Source: Candidatus Zixiibacteriota bacterium (GTDB lineage Bacteria; Zixibacteria; MSB-5A5; GN15; FEB-12). Taken from it: a stretch of 39,673 nt of DNA. Below, piece by piece: positions 26,217-34,474 of this stretch. Where the stretch lies: contig JBMOKZ010000406.1 of NCBI GenBank assembly GCA_049324195.1, forward strand, positions 1 through 39,673, written 5' to 3'. Each line of letters starts with the position of its first letter. Positions within the stretch are counted from its first letter, which is position 1. The notes under the pieces are model-generated. The model did not search any database, was not told the DNA's origin, and was given only the letters and a program-made list of their open reading frames with translations. The position numbers were made by a program, and so were the translations under genes.

Positions 26217-27315
26217 TTTTACTTACCGTAAGCTCTTCCTGATCGATTTCCTGGGTTGATTTCATGGTTAACGAACGGGGACTGCCGGAAGCTGTTTTAT
26301 CATCTCCCGCCCTGAATTCGGAGTCGATATGGTGGCGAATCAATTCGCGCAACTGCTCCACGGTCAGCCATTCCGTGTTGGTTTTACTGCTGTAGGAAAA
26401 ACCGGGCTCGCACGGTTTGCCGTTGAAAACCTCGGTGTAGCGAACCGTGTCCCAGAGCCGCATCGAGGGCAGGATTACGAAATAATTGTCGAATTCCAGC
26501 GTATTGAGAGCGTCGGTAGCCGTAATCATTTCCTCATGAATCTTTTCTCCCGGTCTGATGCCGATCAATTTTTTCTCGCACTCTGGGGCAATCGCCTGGG
26601 CGACATCGAGTATCCGGTAGCTGGGAATTTTGGGGACGAAAATCTCGCCGCCCCACATATGCGCCAGCGCGAACATGACCAGCTCCACTCCCTGCTCGAG
26701 AGTGATATTAAAACGCGTCATCCGTTCGTCGGTAATCGGGATGACCTTTTTTTCACGTTGTTTCAAAAAGAAGGGAATCACGCTGCCACGGCTGCCCATA
26801 ACGTTGCCATAGCGCACGACCGAGAACTTGATATCCCGTTTTCCCTTGAAATTGTTGGCCGAAACGAACAGCTTGTCTGAGGTCAGCTTGGTGGCGCCGT
26901 ACAGATTTATCGGAGCCGCCGCTTTGTCGGTACTCAGCGCCACAACCTTTTTTACTTCGCGGTCAATTGCCGCCTCGATAACGTTCTGCGCTCCCAGGAC
27001 ATTGGTCTTGACCGCCTCGAATGGGTTGTACTCGCAAGCCGGAACCTGCTTCAGAGCCGCGGCATGCACCACGATATCCACCCGCTCCATGGCCCTTAAC
27101 AGCCTTTCCTTGTCACGGACATCGCCGATAAAGAATCTCAGTTTCCTGCGGTCGGTTTCAGGCAAAGATTGGTTCATCTCGAATTGTTTCAATTCATCAC
27201 GAGAATAAACGACAATCCGCTGAATATCCTGATATTTTTTCAGAACCGTCTGGACAAAAGCCTTACCGAAAGAGCCGGTTCCTCCGGTAATTAAAATAGA
27301 TTTCCCGGAAAGCAT
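26200..27315 (-). CDS. pseB: UDP-N-acetylglucosamine 4,6-dehydratase (inverting), PseB/FlaA1-type
   Basis: SILITGGTGSFGKAFVQTVLKKY...VVYSRDELKQ is the classic PseB/FlaA1 N-terminus. ATG at 27315 (the ORF track adds a TTG codon). It carries a ~40-aa polar C-terminal extension. Confidence 0.9.
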   Translation of the reverse strand: MLSGKSILITGGTGSFGKAFVQTVLKKYQDIQRIVVYSRDELKQFEMNQSLPETDRRKLRFFIGDVRDKERLLRAMERVDIVVHAAALKQVPACEYNPFEAVKTNVLGAQNVIEAAIDREVKKVVALSTDKAAAPINLYGATKLTSDKLFVSANNFKGKRDIKFSVVRYGNVMGSRGSVIPFFLKQREKKVIPITDERMTRFNITLEQGVELVMFALAHMWGGEIFVPKIPSYRILDVAQAIAPECEKKLIGIRPGEKIHEEMITATDALNTLEFDNYFVILPSMRLWDTVRYTEVFNGKPCEPGFSYSSKTNTEWLTVEQLRELIRHHIDSEFRAGDDKTASGSPRSLTMKSTQEIDQEELTVSKSEGQK

Positions 27316-27342
27316 CAATTTTTCCTTCTAAACTTTTTTGTT

Positions 27343-27371
27343 ATAATAAATTAACCTGCCTGTACTGTCAA
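27343..27371 (-). promoter_or_regulatory. Sigma70-type promoter candidate TTGACA-N17-TATTAT upstream of pseB
   Basis: The minus strand reads ttgaca gtacaggcaggttaatt tattat, then about 27 nt including aaggaa before the ATG at 27315. Confidence 0.4.
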
Positions 27372-27640
27372 TATTAAAAACCCCTTTTAATCTTATACGA
27401 AATTTTCTGAATTATTAGAACCTATTTCAAAATTGCTTTAGTAGAATGAAAGTACTGACAAGCCGAACGAAGTCCAGAAAATTTCCGCGTCCGGCTGATG
27501 TCCCCTATATGTGGTGTCAGGGGTCTCTTCCTGATACCCTCCGGTCGCCATGTACCGTCAGAGTCAGAGCCCTGACGACACATGAAAAAATATAAATGAC
27601 AAATTCGGACAGGATATAAAAAAGATTATTGCTTTATATC

Positions 27641-28108
27641 TCAGTCAATTTTAAATGGCGAACCCGGTTTATTTTCATGGCGTATCTCGTCCACTTTTTC
27701 TTTGCGTCCGGGTCCGGCGAACAGCCGGTTGGGCGCATTATACACCAAACCGTTTTCCTCACCGACATTTTTATAGGCATGCACTACCCCCGGCGGGACA
27801 ATAACCAGAAGCGGCTTTTCCCGGCCAGCCTCGAATTCGCAAGTTGTCCCGAAACTCTGAGAATCGGGACGGTTGTCCCAGAGTTTCAGAAGGAAGGTCG
27901 AGGACCCCACAAAAGCGAAGATATCCGTCTGTTCCCGATGTTCATGCGGTCCGCGTACTACTCCCGGCCGCGTCATCGACACATAACTCATGCGCGGAAA
28001 CAGCTCCGGCGGTAGTTCATCCTGCCGGAACACCTCCGTCAGCCAGCCGCGGCTGTCCTCGTGTATCTCCAGCGGCCTGACAATGACACCGTTTATATTA
28101 ACATTCAT
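27641..28108 (-). CDS. rmlC: dTDP-4-dehydrorhamnose 3,5-epimerase (short cupin-type RmlC)
   Basis: 155 aa. HEDSRGWLTEVFR and GPHEH / VVHAY cupin motifs. Last gene of the rml block. Confidence 0.8.
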   Translation of the reverse strand: MNVNINGVIVRPLEIHEDSRGWLTEVFRQDELPPELFPRMSYVSMTRPGVVRGPHEHREQTDIFAFVGSSTFLLKLWDNRPDSQSFGTTCEFEAGREKPLLVIVPPGVVHAYKNVGEENGLVYNAPNRLFAGPGRKEKVDEIRHENKPGSPFKID

Positions 28109-29003
28109 AACCCTCCCTTATATCCTTTCGAGCTAAAAATTCGTGCAGGGCCGTTTTATAATTGCGCATTACATTTAGTCCCGCCTGCTTTAACACAGTG
28201 TTCTCCAGACTGGAATTGGCCGGCCTTATAGCGGGACTGGCATACTGTTCCGAAGTACAGGGCCGGTAATATACCGGCATTTGCAAATACGTGAAAATCT
28301 CCGCCGCGTAATCATACCAGGTCGTAGTGCCCTCGGCGCTTGCATGCACCACCCCCCGCACCCGGTTCTCGATAATCAACCGCACCTGCCGGGCTACATC
28401 AACCGTCCAGGTTGGATTTCCTCTCTGGTCGTCGACAATCCGAATCGGGTTTACCAGCTGACCGTTGCGGCGCGTCTGGAGCTGTTTCCATCCCTGCTTG
28501 ACGACCGCCCGGATAAAATTTTTCCCGTTATAGCCGTAAAGCCAGGCCAGCCGGACAATCGTAAAATCACCCGCCGCTTCCATGACCCTTTTCTCTCCCT
28601 CGAGCTTACTTCGGCCGTATATATTAAGCGGCGCGGGAATATCGTTTTCGTCATAAGCGCTTTTTTTTAAACCGTCGAAAACATAATCGGTCGAGAAATA
28701 AATCAACCAGGCGCCGTTTTCTTTGCATATCCGCGCCAGTCCGCCGGTCGCTTCGGCGTTGACCTCCATCGCCAGTTCCCGGTTGGCCTCGCAGCCGTCC
28801 ACATCGGTATAAGCCGCCGTATGCAGCACGAAATCCGGCTTGAAATCTTCCACACACCTTTTAAGGGCGTTTTCCCGAAGGATATCGAAATCCTTGATAT
28901 CCACCCCTTTGGTTTCGTAATGTCGGCTCATGACGGCGGTCAAATCGCCGCCGAGCTGACCCTGGGCGCCGGTTATCAATACTTTAAGGGGTGACACCTT
29001 CAT
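28098..29003 (-). CDS. rmlD: dTDP-4-dehydrorhamnose reductase
   Basis: [15 protein letters not shown]...[13 protein letters not shown]...[10 protein letters not shown]. Start taken at the ATG at 29003 (MKVSPLK). The ORF-track start at 29060 would overlap rmlA by 77 nt. Confidence 0.9.
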   Translation of the reverse strand: MKVSPLKVLITGAQGQLGGDLTAVMSRHYETKGVDIKDFDILRENALKRCVEDFKPDFVLHTAAYTDVDGCEANRELAMEVNAEATGGLARICKENGAWLIYFSTDYVFDGLKKSAYDENDIPAPLNIYGRSKLEGEKRVMEAAGDFTIVRLAWLYGYNGKNFIRAVVKQGWKQLQTRRNGQLVNPIRIVDDQRGNPTWTVDVARQVRLIIENRVRGVVHASAEGTTTWYDYAAEIFTYLQMPVYYRPCTSEQYASPAIRPANSSLENTVLKQAGLNVMRNYKTALHEFLARKDIREGYEC

Positions 29004-29877
29004 TCTCCCCGAGCACGCCTTCCAGATAATGACGATAAGAGTTTTTCGCCATCGCGCCAATCAGTTTTTCCATCTGCGACCGGTCGATAAAGCCCATTCG
29101 AAAAGAAACCTCCTCGACACAGGCGATTTTCTGTCCCTGGCGGTTCTCAATCGTGGCGATAAAATTACCGGCTTCCAGAAGACTTTCGAATGTACCCGTA
29201 TCCAGCCAGGCTATTCCCCGTCCGAGCCGGCATACTTCAAGTGCCCCCTTTTGTAAATAGGCGTTGTTGATATCAGTGATTTCCAGTTCGCCGCGCTGCG
29301 AGGGTTTCAGGCTTTTAGCCATCGTGACTACTTCGTTGTCGTAAATATACAAACCAGTCACGGCGTAATTGCTGGCCGGCCTGGGTGGTTTTTCGACTAT
29401 GGCCACCGGTCGGTCATTTTTGTCGAAACTGATCACGCCGTAGCGGCCGGGATTTTTCACATAATAGCCGAATATCAGCGCTCCGCCGACGAACGCCCGC
29501 GCCGGTTGCAGAAAATCGAAATCGCCGTAAAAAATATTGTCGCCCAGCACCAGCGCCACCGAGTCCTGACCTATAAATTTCTCACCGATTAAAAACGCCT
29601 GCGCGATACCTTCCGGCCTGGGCTGGACAGCATAGGCAATATTGATTCCCAGTCTTTTACCATCGCCTAAAAGAGTTTCGAATTTGGGGGTGTCCTCCGG
29701 AGTGGAAATGAGCAATATCTCCCGAATTCCCAGAAGCATCAGCGTCGACAGCGGATAATAAACCATCGGCTTGTCGTAAATCGGCAACAACTGTTTTGAC
29801 ACCACTTCCGAAATGGGATACAAACGGCTGCCGCAGCCGCCCGCCAGAATGATTCCCTTCTTTACTTTAGTTTCCAC
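28984..29877 (-). CDS. rmlA: Glucose-1-phosphate thymidylyltransferase
   Basis: [55 protein letters not shown] start 10 nt after ggagga. Confidence 0.95.
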   Translation of the reverse strand: METKVKKGIILAGGCGSRLYPISEVVSKQLLPIYDKPMVYYPLSTLMLLGIREILLISTPEDTPKFETLLGDGKRLGINIAYAVQPRPEGIAQAFLIGEKFIGQDSVALVLGDNIFYGDFDFLQPARAFVGGALIFGYYVKNPGRYGVISFDKNDRPVAIVEKPPRPASNYAVTGLYIYDNEVVTMAKSLKPSQRGELEITDINNAYLQKGALEVCRLGRGIAWLDTGTFESLLEAGNFIATIENRQGQKIACVEEVSFRMGFIDRSQMEKLIGAMAKNSYRHYLEGVLGENEGVTP

Positions 29878-29881
29878 GCCG

Positions 29882-30943
29882 TCAGCGTCCTCCGTAATTC
29901 AATTCATAATATTTCCGATACTCGCCGCTGATACAGTTCTCCAGCCAGCTTTCATGGTCCAGATACCATTTTACGGTTTTTTCAAGACCGGTTTCAAACG
30001 ATGTTTTTGATTCCCAACCCAGTTCTTTTTTTATCAGGGTCGCGTCAATCGCGTAACGTCGGTCATGACCCGGCCGGTCGGTAACGAATCGTATTAATCT
30101 ATCGTGTGGGCCGCAGCCTTTCAAAGCGTCCATAATACGGCAAATCAGCTTCACCAGTTCGATATTTTCCATTTCATGATGCGCCCCGATATTGTACGTC
30201 TGCCCGGATTTGCCTTTGTGAAACACCGTATCGAGCGCGTCGCAATGGTCCCCGACATAAAGCCAGTCACGGACCTGCCGACCGTCGCCGTAAACCGGGA
30301 GCGGTTTCCCCCGGGAGGCGTTGCGTATCATCAGCGGAATCAGTTTCTCCGGAAACTGGTACGGGCCGAAGTTGTTCGAACAATTGGTAATAACCGTGTT
30401 CAACCCATAGGTTTTGTGATAGGCGCGCACGAGATGGTCCGCCGAGGCTTTCGACGCCGAATAGGGTGAACTGGGTCGATAGGCGCTCAGCTCGGTGAAA
30501 TACCCGCTTTCGGCCAGCGTGCCGTAAACTTCATCGGTGGACACGTGGTGAAATCTGAAGCCGTCGTCCTTTACCGCCCGTTCCCGCGCCAGTTCCAGCA
30601 GGTTGAAAGTACCGACAATATTGGTCTGGATAAAATCCGCAGGTCCGATAATCGAGCGGTCAACATGCGACTCGGCTGCCAGGTGAATTACGCCGTCGAT
30701 GTCGTATTTCTCGAACATATATTTTAACGAAGAGAAATCGCGGATATCGGTTTTTTCAAATCGGTAATTTTCCTTCTTCTCGATATCCTTGAGATTGGTG
30801 AGATTACCGGCGTAGGTCAGACAATCGACATTGACAAAAAGATATTCCGGATAACGAGGGACCATCGTCAGAAGCAGATTGGAACCTATAAACCCCGCCC
30901 CGCCGGTAACGATGATTCTTCTGGTAAATTTCCCGATCGCCAA
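29882..30943 (-). CDS. rmlB: dTDP-glucose 4,6-dehydratase
   Basis: [24 protein letters not shown] (YxxxK) and [12 protein letters not shown]. The start appears to be TTG (ttg gcg atc ggg). Confidence 0.95.
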   Translation of the reverse strand: MAIGKFTRRIIVTGGAGFIGSNLLLTMVPRYPEYLFVNVDCLTYAGNLTNLKDIEKKENYRFEKTDIRDFSSLKYMFEKYDIDGVIHLAAESHVDRSIIGPADFIQTNIVGTFNLLELARERAVKDDGFRFHHVSTDEVYGTLAESGYFTELSAYRPSSPYSASKASADHLVRAYHKTYGLNTVITNCSNNFGPYQFPEKLIPLMIRNASRGKPLPVYGDGRQVRDWLYVGDHCDALDTVFHKGKSGQTYNIGAHHEMENIELVKLICRIMDALKGCGPHDRLIRFVTDRPGHDRRYAIDATLIKKELGWESKTSFETGLEKTVKWYLDHESWLENCISGEYRKYYELNYGGR

Positions 30944-30973
30944 CTCTCACCCTGATAGGTTACAATTGAAAAA

Positions 30974-31021
30974 TCCTGCCCGGCCTTCTCCCCGCTTTAA
31001 GGCGGGGATGGGAACTGACAG
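30974..31021. repeat. GC-rich hairpin element, copy A (tcctgcccggcc...ccccgc-tttaag-gcgggg...ctgacagt)
   Basis: It shares tcctgcccg(g)cc, aaggcggg and ctgacagt, in the same order and orientation, with 31839-31872. Confidence 0.3.
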
Positions 31022-31103
31022 TTTAAACGATAACTATATAAAATAACAGCTAACCTGTTATTAGGCAAGAGGGAAGTTACAAATGAGGTTCTCTTTCAGA
31101 TTA

Positions 31104-31595
31104 TCAGGGACAATTGGATAGAGGTGTTTTGCTCAAATAAAGATAATCGATCAATCTCATAACATCGGAGATATCCGGGTCTCCTCCCGGGATGTCAAAA
31201 GGCTGGCCGCTACCGTCGGTATCGGATTCCTGGGGACAACAAAGGGCTGCCTGAGTCAAGTAAAGGAAATCTATCAGTCTGGTAATATCTGAGATGTCGG
31301 GATTCTCGAGTCCGGAACAGTTGACGTTACCCGTAAAACCGATACAGCAACTGTAGTCCGCGAAATTGAAATTCTGCAAAAACCCGTGAATGACCTGATT
31401 GGACGCACTCGACGTTACGCCGACCACAGTTTGCCCGAAACTGCTAACCACCCGCAGATCTCTGGCGGAACTCTCGCCGCCCGAGGTAAGCGCTTGCCAA
31501 TTAACGGATTCTCCGGCATTGATTTCTTTAACGGGACTGGCCGAAACCGATAACGATACAAGTATAATCGATAAAAGAAAAAGGCAGTATTTCAT
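31104..31595 (-). CDS. Small secreted protein with the same Cys-rich duplicated dockerin-like C-terminal module as the C1 peptidase
   Basis: Signal peptide MKYCLFLLSIILVSLSVSA. The C-terminal 81 aa are CCIGFTGNVNCS...DISDITRLIDFLYL...LCC...[25 protein letters not shown]. Confidence 0.7.
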   Translation of the reverse strand: MKYCLFLLSIILVSLSVSASPVKEINAGESVNWQALTSGGESSARDLRVVSSFGQTVVGVTSSASNQVIHGFLQNFNFADYSCCIGFTGNVNCSGLENPDISDITRLIDFLYLTQAALCCPQESDTDGSGQPFDIPGGDPDISDVMRLIDYLYLSKTPLSNCP

Positions 31596-31634
31596 CAGTA
31601 CTTAAATGGAAAAGATATATTTATAACTTAATAT

Positions 31635-31662
31635 ATTATAACATAAAATCGAAAAAAAACAA
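31635..31662 (-). promoter_or_regulatory. Promoter candidate TTGTTT-N16-(TGt)TATAAT
   Basis: The minus strand reads ttgttt tttttcgattttatgt tataat, with a perfect -10 and an extended TG. It ends about 40 nt upstream of the ATG at 31595. Confidence 0.35.
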
Positions 31663-31706
31663 GGATAATAACTTTATCAAGGGCGGGCATCGAGACATGA
31701 ACATAA

Positions 31707-31779
31707 AGCCGGCGAAGGGACTCGAACCCCCGACTGGCTGATTACAAATCAGCTACTCTACCAACTGAGTTACGCCGGC
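31707..31779 (-). tRNA. tRNA-Thr (anticodon TGT)
   Basis: 73 nt. Acceptor GCCGGCG/CGCCGGC, anticodon loop tTTGTAa and a GGTTCGAGTCC T-arm. Confidence 0.9.
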
Positions 31780-31830
31780 CTTTTTTGAACCGTAGGTCGA
31801 AACCCTTGCGGATTCGACATATCTTATGTC

Positions 31831-31871
31831 CTGTCAGGTCCTGCCCGCCGAAGGCGGGTTTGACCTGACAG
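31831..31871. repeat. Compound 16-bp hairpin, copy B of the GC-rich element (possible cysS 3' structure)
   Basis: ctgtcaggtc-ctg-cccgcc-gaa-ggcggg-ttt-gacctgacag. It lies 50 nt downstream of the cysS stop on the minus strand. There is no U-tract, so it is not a canonical intrinsic terminator. Confidence 0.45.
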
Positions 31872-31920
31872 TATAAGCTCATAAAAAAAGATAGAATCCT
31901 GTTTTTATGTCAAGATTTTT

Positions 31921-33315
31921 CTAAATCTTGCGTTTCCATTTCACGCCCTTAGGCGTATCCTCGAGCAAGATTCCCAGCGCCAACAACTCGTCGCGAATCT
32001 TGTCCGAAAGCGCGTAGTCCTTGTTCTTGCGGGCCTCATTGCGGCGGGCGATCATCTCCTCGACCTGTTCGTCGAGCGCCTGTTCTTTTATCTTGAAATT
32101 GAGCACAGTGTCGAACCCGTTCATCACCTCAAGCGCCTTGTCCCGCTCTTTGACGGAGAGTTTGTCCTCCGAACGCAGGCGGTTGATATCGCGGATAAAA
32201 TCGAAAATTTCGCCCAGCGCTCCGGAGATATTCAAATCGTCATCGAGATTTTCCTCGAAACCCTGCTTGACTTTTTCGATATAGCCCTCGGCTTCGCCGC
32301 TCGATTCCCCACCGGGATAATCGGACAAATTCTTGATAAAGTCGTTATAACGCTCCAGCGAACTGCGGGCAGCGTCAAGCCGGTCAAAGGTAAAATTTAA
32401 CTGCTGACGGTAATGCGATGATATCAACAGGTACCGCACCACCCGGCCGGGATAACCCTTGGCTATGACATCGCGGAGAGTGTAATAATTACCGAACGAC
32501 TTCGACATCTTCCGGCCCTCGACCAGCAAGTACTCGCTGTGCAGCCAGTAATTGACGAACTTCTCCCCGGTCGCGGCCTCGGTCTGGGCGATTTCGTTTT
32601 CATGGTGCGGGAACATGTTATCCACCCCCCCGCAATGAATATCAAAATGGTTGCCGAGATATTTGGTCGACATCGCCGAGCACTCGATATGCCAGCCGGG
32701 GCGCCCCTTGCCCAGTTCGGTCTCCCAGTAAACATCGCCGTCTTTCTCGTCCCAGGCTTTCCAGAGGGCGAAATCCGAGACGCTTTCCTTTTCGTACTCG
32801 TCCGAGGCCACCCGCGCCCCGGCTTTCATGCCGTCCATGTCGATTTTGGCCAGCTTGCCGTAGTCCGGGAAAGCCGAGATCTTATAATAATAATTACCGT
32901 TGGCCTCGTAGGCGAAACCTTTCTCGATGAGCTTTTTGATAATCGCCACCATTTCGTTGATATGTTCCGTGGCGGCCGGATAATATTCTGCCCGCTGCAC
33001 TCCGAGCGTTTCCAGGTCTTCGAAAAAGATTTTCGTGTACCGGTCGGTGAACTTCCTGAGCGTGACACCCTCCTTTTGGGAATCGCGGATGGTTTTGTCG
33101 TCCACGTCGGTGATATTCATCACGTGGGTAATTTCGTAACCCTTGTATTTCAAATACCGCCGCAGAAGATCTTCGAAAACGAAAGTCCGAAAGTTACCGA
33201 TATGCGCGATATAATAAACGGTGGGACCGCAGGTGTACATGCGCACTTTCCCCGGCTCGATCGGCCGGAATTCCTCTTTTATTCCCGAGAGCGTATTTTT
33301 AAAGCGTAAAGCCAT
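31921..33315 (-). CDS. cysS: Cysteine--tRNA ligase
   Basis: The class I motifs are HIGN (YIAHIGNFRT) and KMSKS (GRKMSKSFGN). 464 aa. Confidence 0.95.
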   Translation of the reverse strand: MALRFKNTLSGIKEEFRPIEPGKVRMYTCGPTVYYIAHIGNFRTFVFEDLLRRYLKYKGYEITHVMNITDVDDKTIRDSQKEGVTLRKFTDRYTKIFFEDLETLGVQRAEYYPAATEHINEMVAIIKKLIEKGFAYEANGNYYYKISAFPDYGKLAKIDMDGMKAGARVASDEYEKESVSDFALWKAWDEKDGDVYWETELGKGRPGWHIECSAMSTKYLGNHFDIHCGGVDNMFPHHENEIAQTEAATGEKFVNYWLHSEYLLVEGRKMSKSFGNYYTLRDVIAKGYPGRVVRYLLISSHYRQQLNFTFDRLDAARSSLERYNDFIKNLSDYPGGESSGEAEGYIEKVKQGFEENLDDDLNISGALGEIFDFIRDINRLRSEDKLSVKERDKALEVMNGFDTVLNFKIKEQALDEQVEEMIARRNEARKNKDYALSDKIRDELLALGILLEDTPKGVKWKRKI

Positions 33316-33316
33316 G

Positions 33317-34393
33317 TTATGCCTCCGTCATCGAAGCGACCTTCTTCTTGTCAAGTATCTTCACTAGTTCGAAAACCAGTTTGACGGTGTTATCATAGTC
33401 GCTCCGGTTAAGAATACTGTTGTGGCTGTGTATATATCGTACCGGCGGGCCGATTACTATAGTCGGCACTCCGCTGCGGTTGAGATGGATGTTGCCGCCG
33501 TCGGTGGCGCCGCCCGTCATCGAAGTCAGATGATAGGGGATTTTTTTCCTGTCGGCGGTTTCGATCACCAGGTCGCGCAGTTGTAGATTGGGAATCATCC
33601 GCGCGTCGTAAATCAAAATTGCCGGGCCCGAGCCCAGCTTCTCGACCTTGTCGAAGCCGTCCGGGGGGACATCCAGCCCGATGCCCGTATCCACCACAAT
33701 ACAGATATCCGGCTCGGCGAGGTGCGCCAGTGTCTGGGCGCCCCGCAGACCCACTTCCTCCTGTACTGAAGCGCATCCCAGGAAAGTGTTGGGATGTTTG
33801 ACGTTCATGAGTTTCTTCATAACCTCGATAACAATGGCGCAGGCCACCCGGTTATCAAAAGCTTTGGCCATGTACATGTTCTGGTTGGCCATGATCGTGA
33901 ATTGACTGTCCGGAATAATCGGGTCGCCGACCTTGATTCCCAGTTTCTTGCGGACATCGAACTTCTCCTGCACCCCGACATCGATAAACATATCCTTGAC
34001 ATCGATTACTTTCAGACGTTCTTCCGGCGGCAGGATATGGGGCGGTTTGGAACCAATCACGCCGAGAATCGGACCTTTCGAGGTAATAATGCGCATCCGC
34101 TGCCCGAGAGCTACGTGTCCCCACCAGCCCCCCAGCGGCAGGAATTTAATATATCCTTCCTTGGTGAATTCCTTGACCATGAACCCGATTTCGTCCATAT
34201 GGCCCACCACCATCACGCGGGGACCGTCAGCCGTGCCTTTTTTGACCGCGACAATCGAACCCATCTTGTCGAACTTAATGTCGGTCGTGTACTTCTTTAG
34301 CTCGCGCTTCATTATGCCCCGGACTTCACTCTCGTAGCCGGAGACACCGTTAGCTTCGGTGATTTCTTTCAGTAAAAGTTCGGTGTTATCCAA
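33317..34393 (-). CDS. M42-family metallo-aminopeptidase (FrvX/CelM/glutamyl aminopeptidase-like)
   Basis: LLKEITEANGVSGYESEVR...VMVVGHMDEIGFMV...FDNRVACA...SVQEEVGLRGA. TTG start. Confidence 0.9.
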   Translation of the reverse strand: MDNTELLLKEITEANGVSGYESEVRGIMKRELKKYTTDIKFDKMGSIVAVKKGTADGPRVMVVGHMDEIGFMVKEFTKEGYIKFLPLGGWWGHVALGQRMRIITSKGPILGVIGSKPPHILPPEERLKVIDVKDMFIDVGVQEKFDVRKKLGIKVGDPIIPDSQFTIMANQNMYMAKAFDNRVACAIVIEVMKKLMNVKHPNTFLGCASVQEEVGLRGAQTLAHLAEPDICIVVDTGIGLDVPPDGFDKVEKLGSGPAILIYDARMIPNLQLRDLVIETADRKKIPYHLTSMTGGATDGGNIHLNRSGVPTIVIGPPVRYIHSHNSILNRSDYDNTVKLVFELVKILDKKKVASMTEA

Positions 34394-34474
34394 AATGTAA
34401 CCCTTTATGTTTCATTATTGAATTTTTTACGAACAGAAAAATCAATATATTAAATTGTTCAACTATGTCTATAC

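Noticed and set aside
27421-27594. A 57-codon minus-strand ORF (MCRQGSDSDGTWRPEGIRKRPLTPHIGDISRTRKFSGLRSACQYFHSTKAILK) inside the rmlC-pseB spacer.
   Set aside because: It has no SD, an odd basic composition and no recognisable motif, and it coincides with the inverted-repeat core. It is more likely a by-product of RNA or DNA structure.
28008-28015. The sequence GGCGGTAG, the core of the ops/JUMPstart element used by RfaH in polysaccharide operons.
   Set aside because: It lies on the plus strand inside the minus-strand rmlC coding region. That is the wrong strand and the wrong position for a leader element, so it is most likely chance.
30893-30905. A possible frameshift or homopolymer issue at the rmlB N-terminus. 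My hand count of a C-run gave one more C than the supplied GGAGFIG translation implies.
   Set aside because: The supplied ORF track shows an intact 353-aa frame with all RmlB motifs. My counting over a line break is the likelier source of error, so I make no claim.
12789-31779. Calling the tRNA-bracketed glycan locus a mobile genomic island.
   Set aside because: No integrase, transposase, conjugation gene or duplicated tRNA 3' fragment was found. Only the positional argument remains, and that is reported as a finding rather than as a mobile element.
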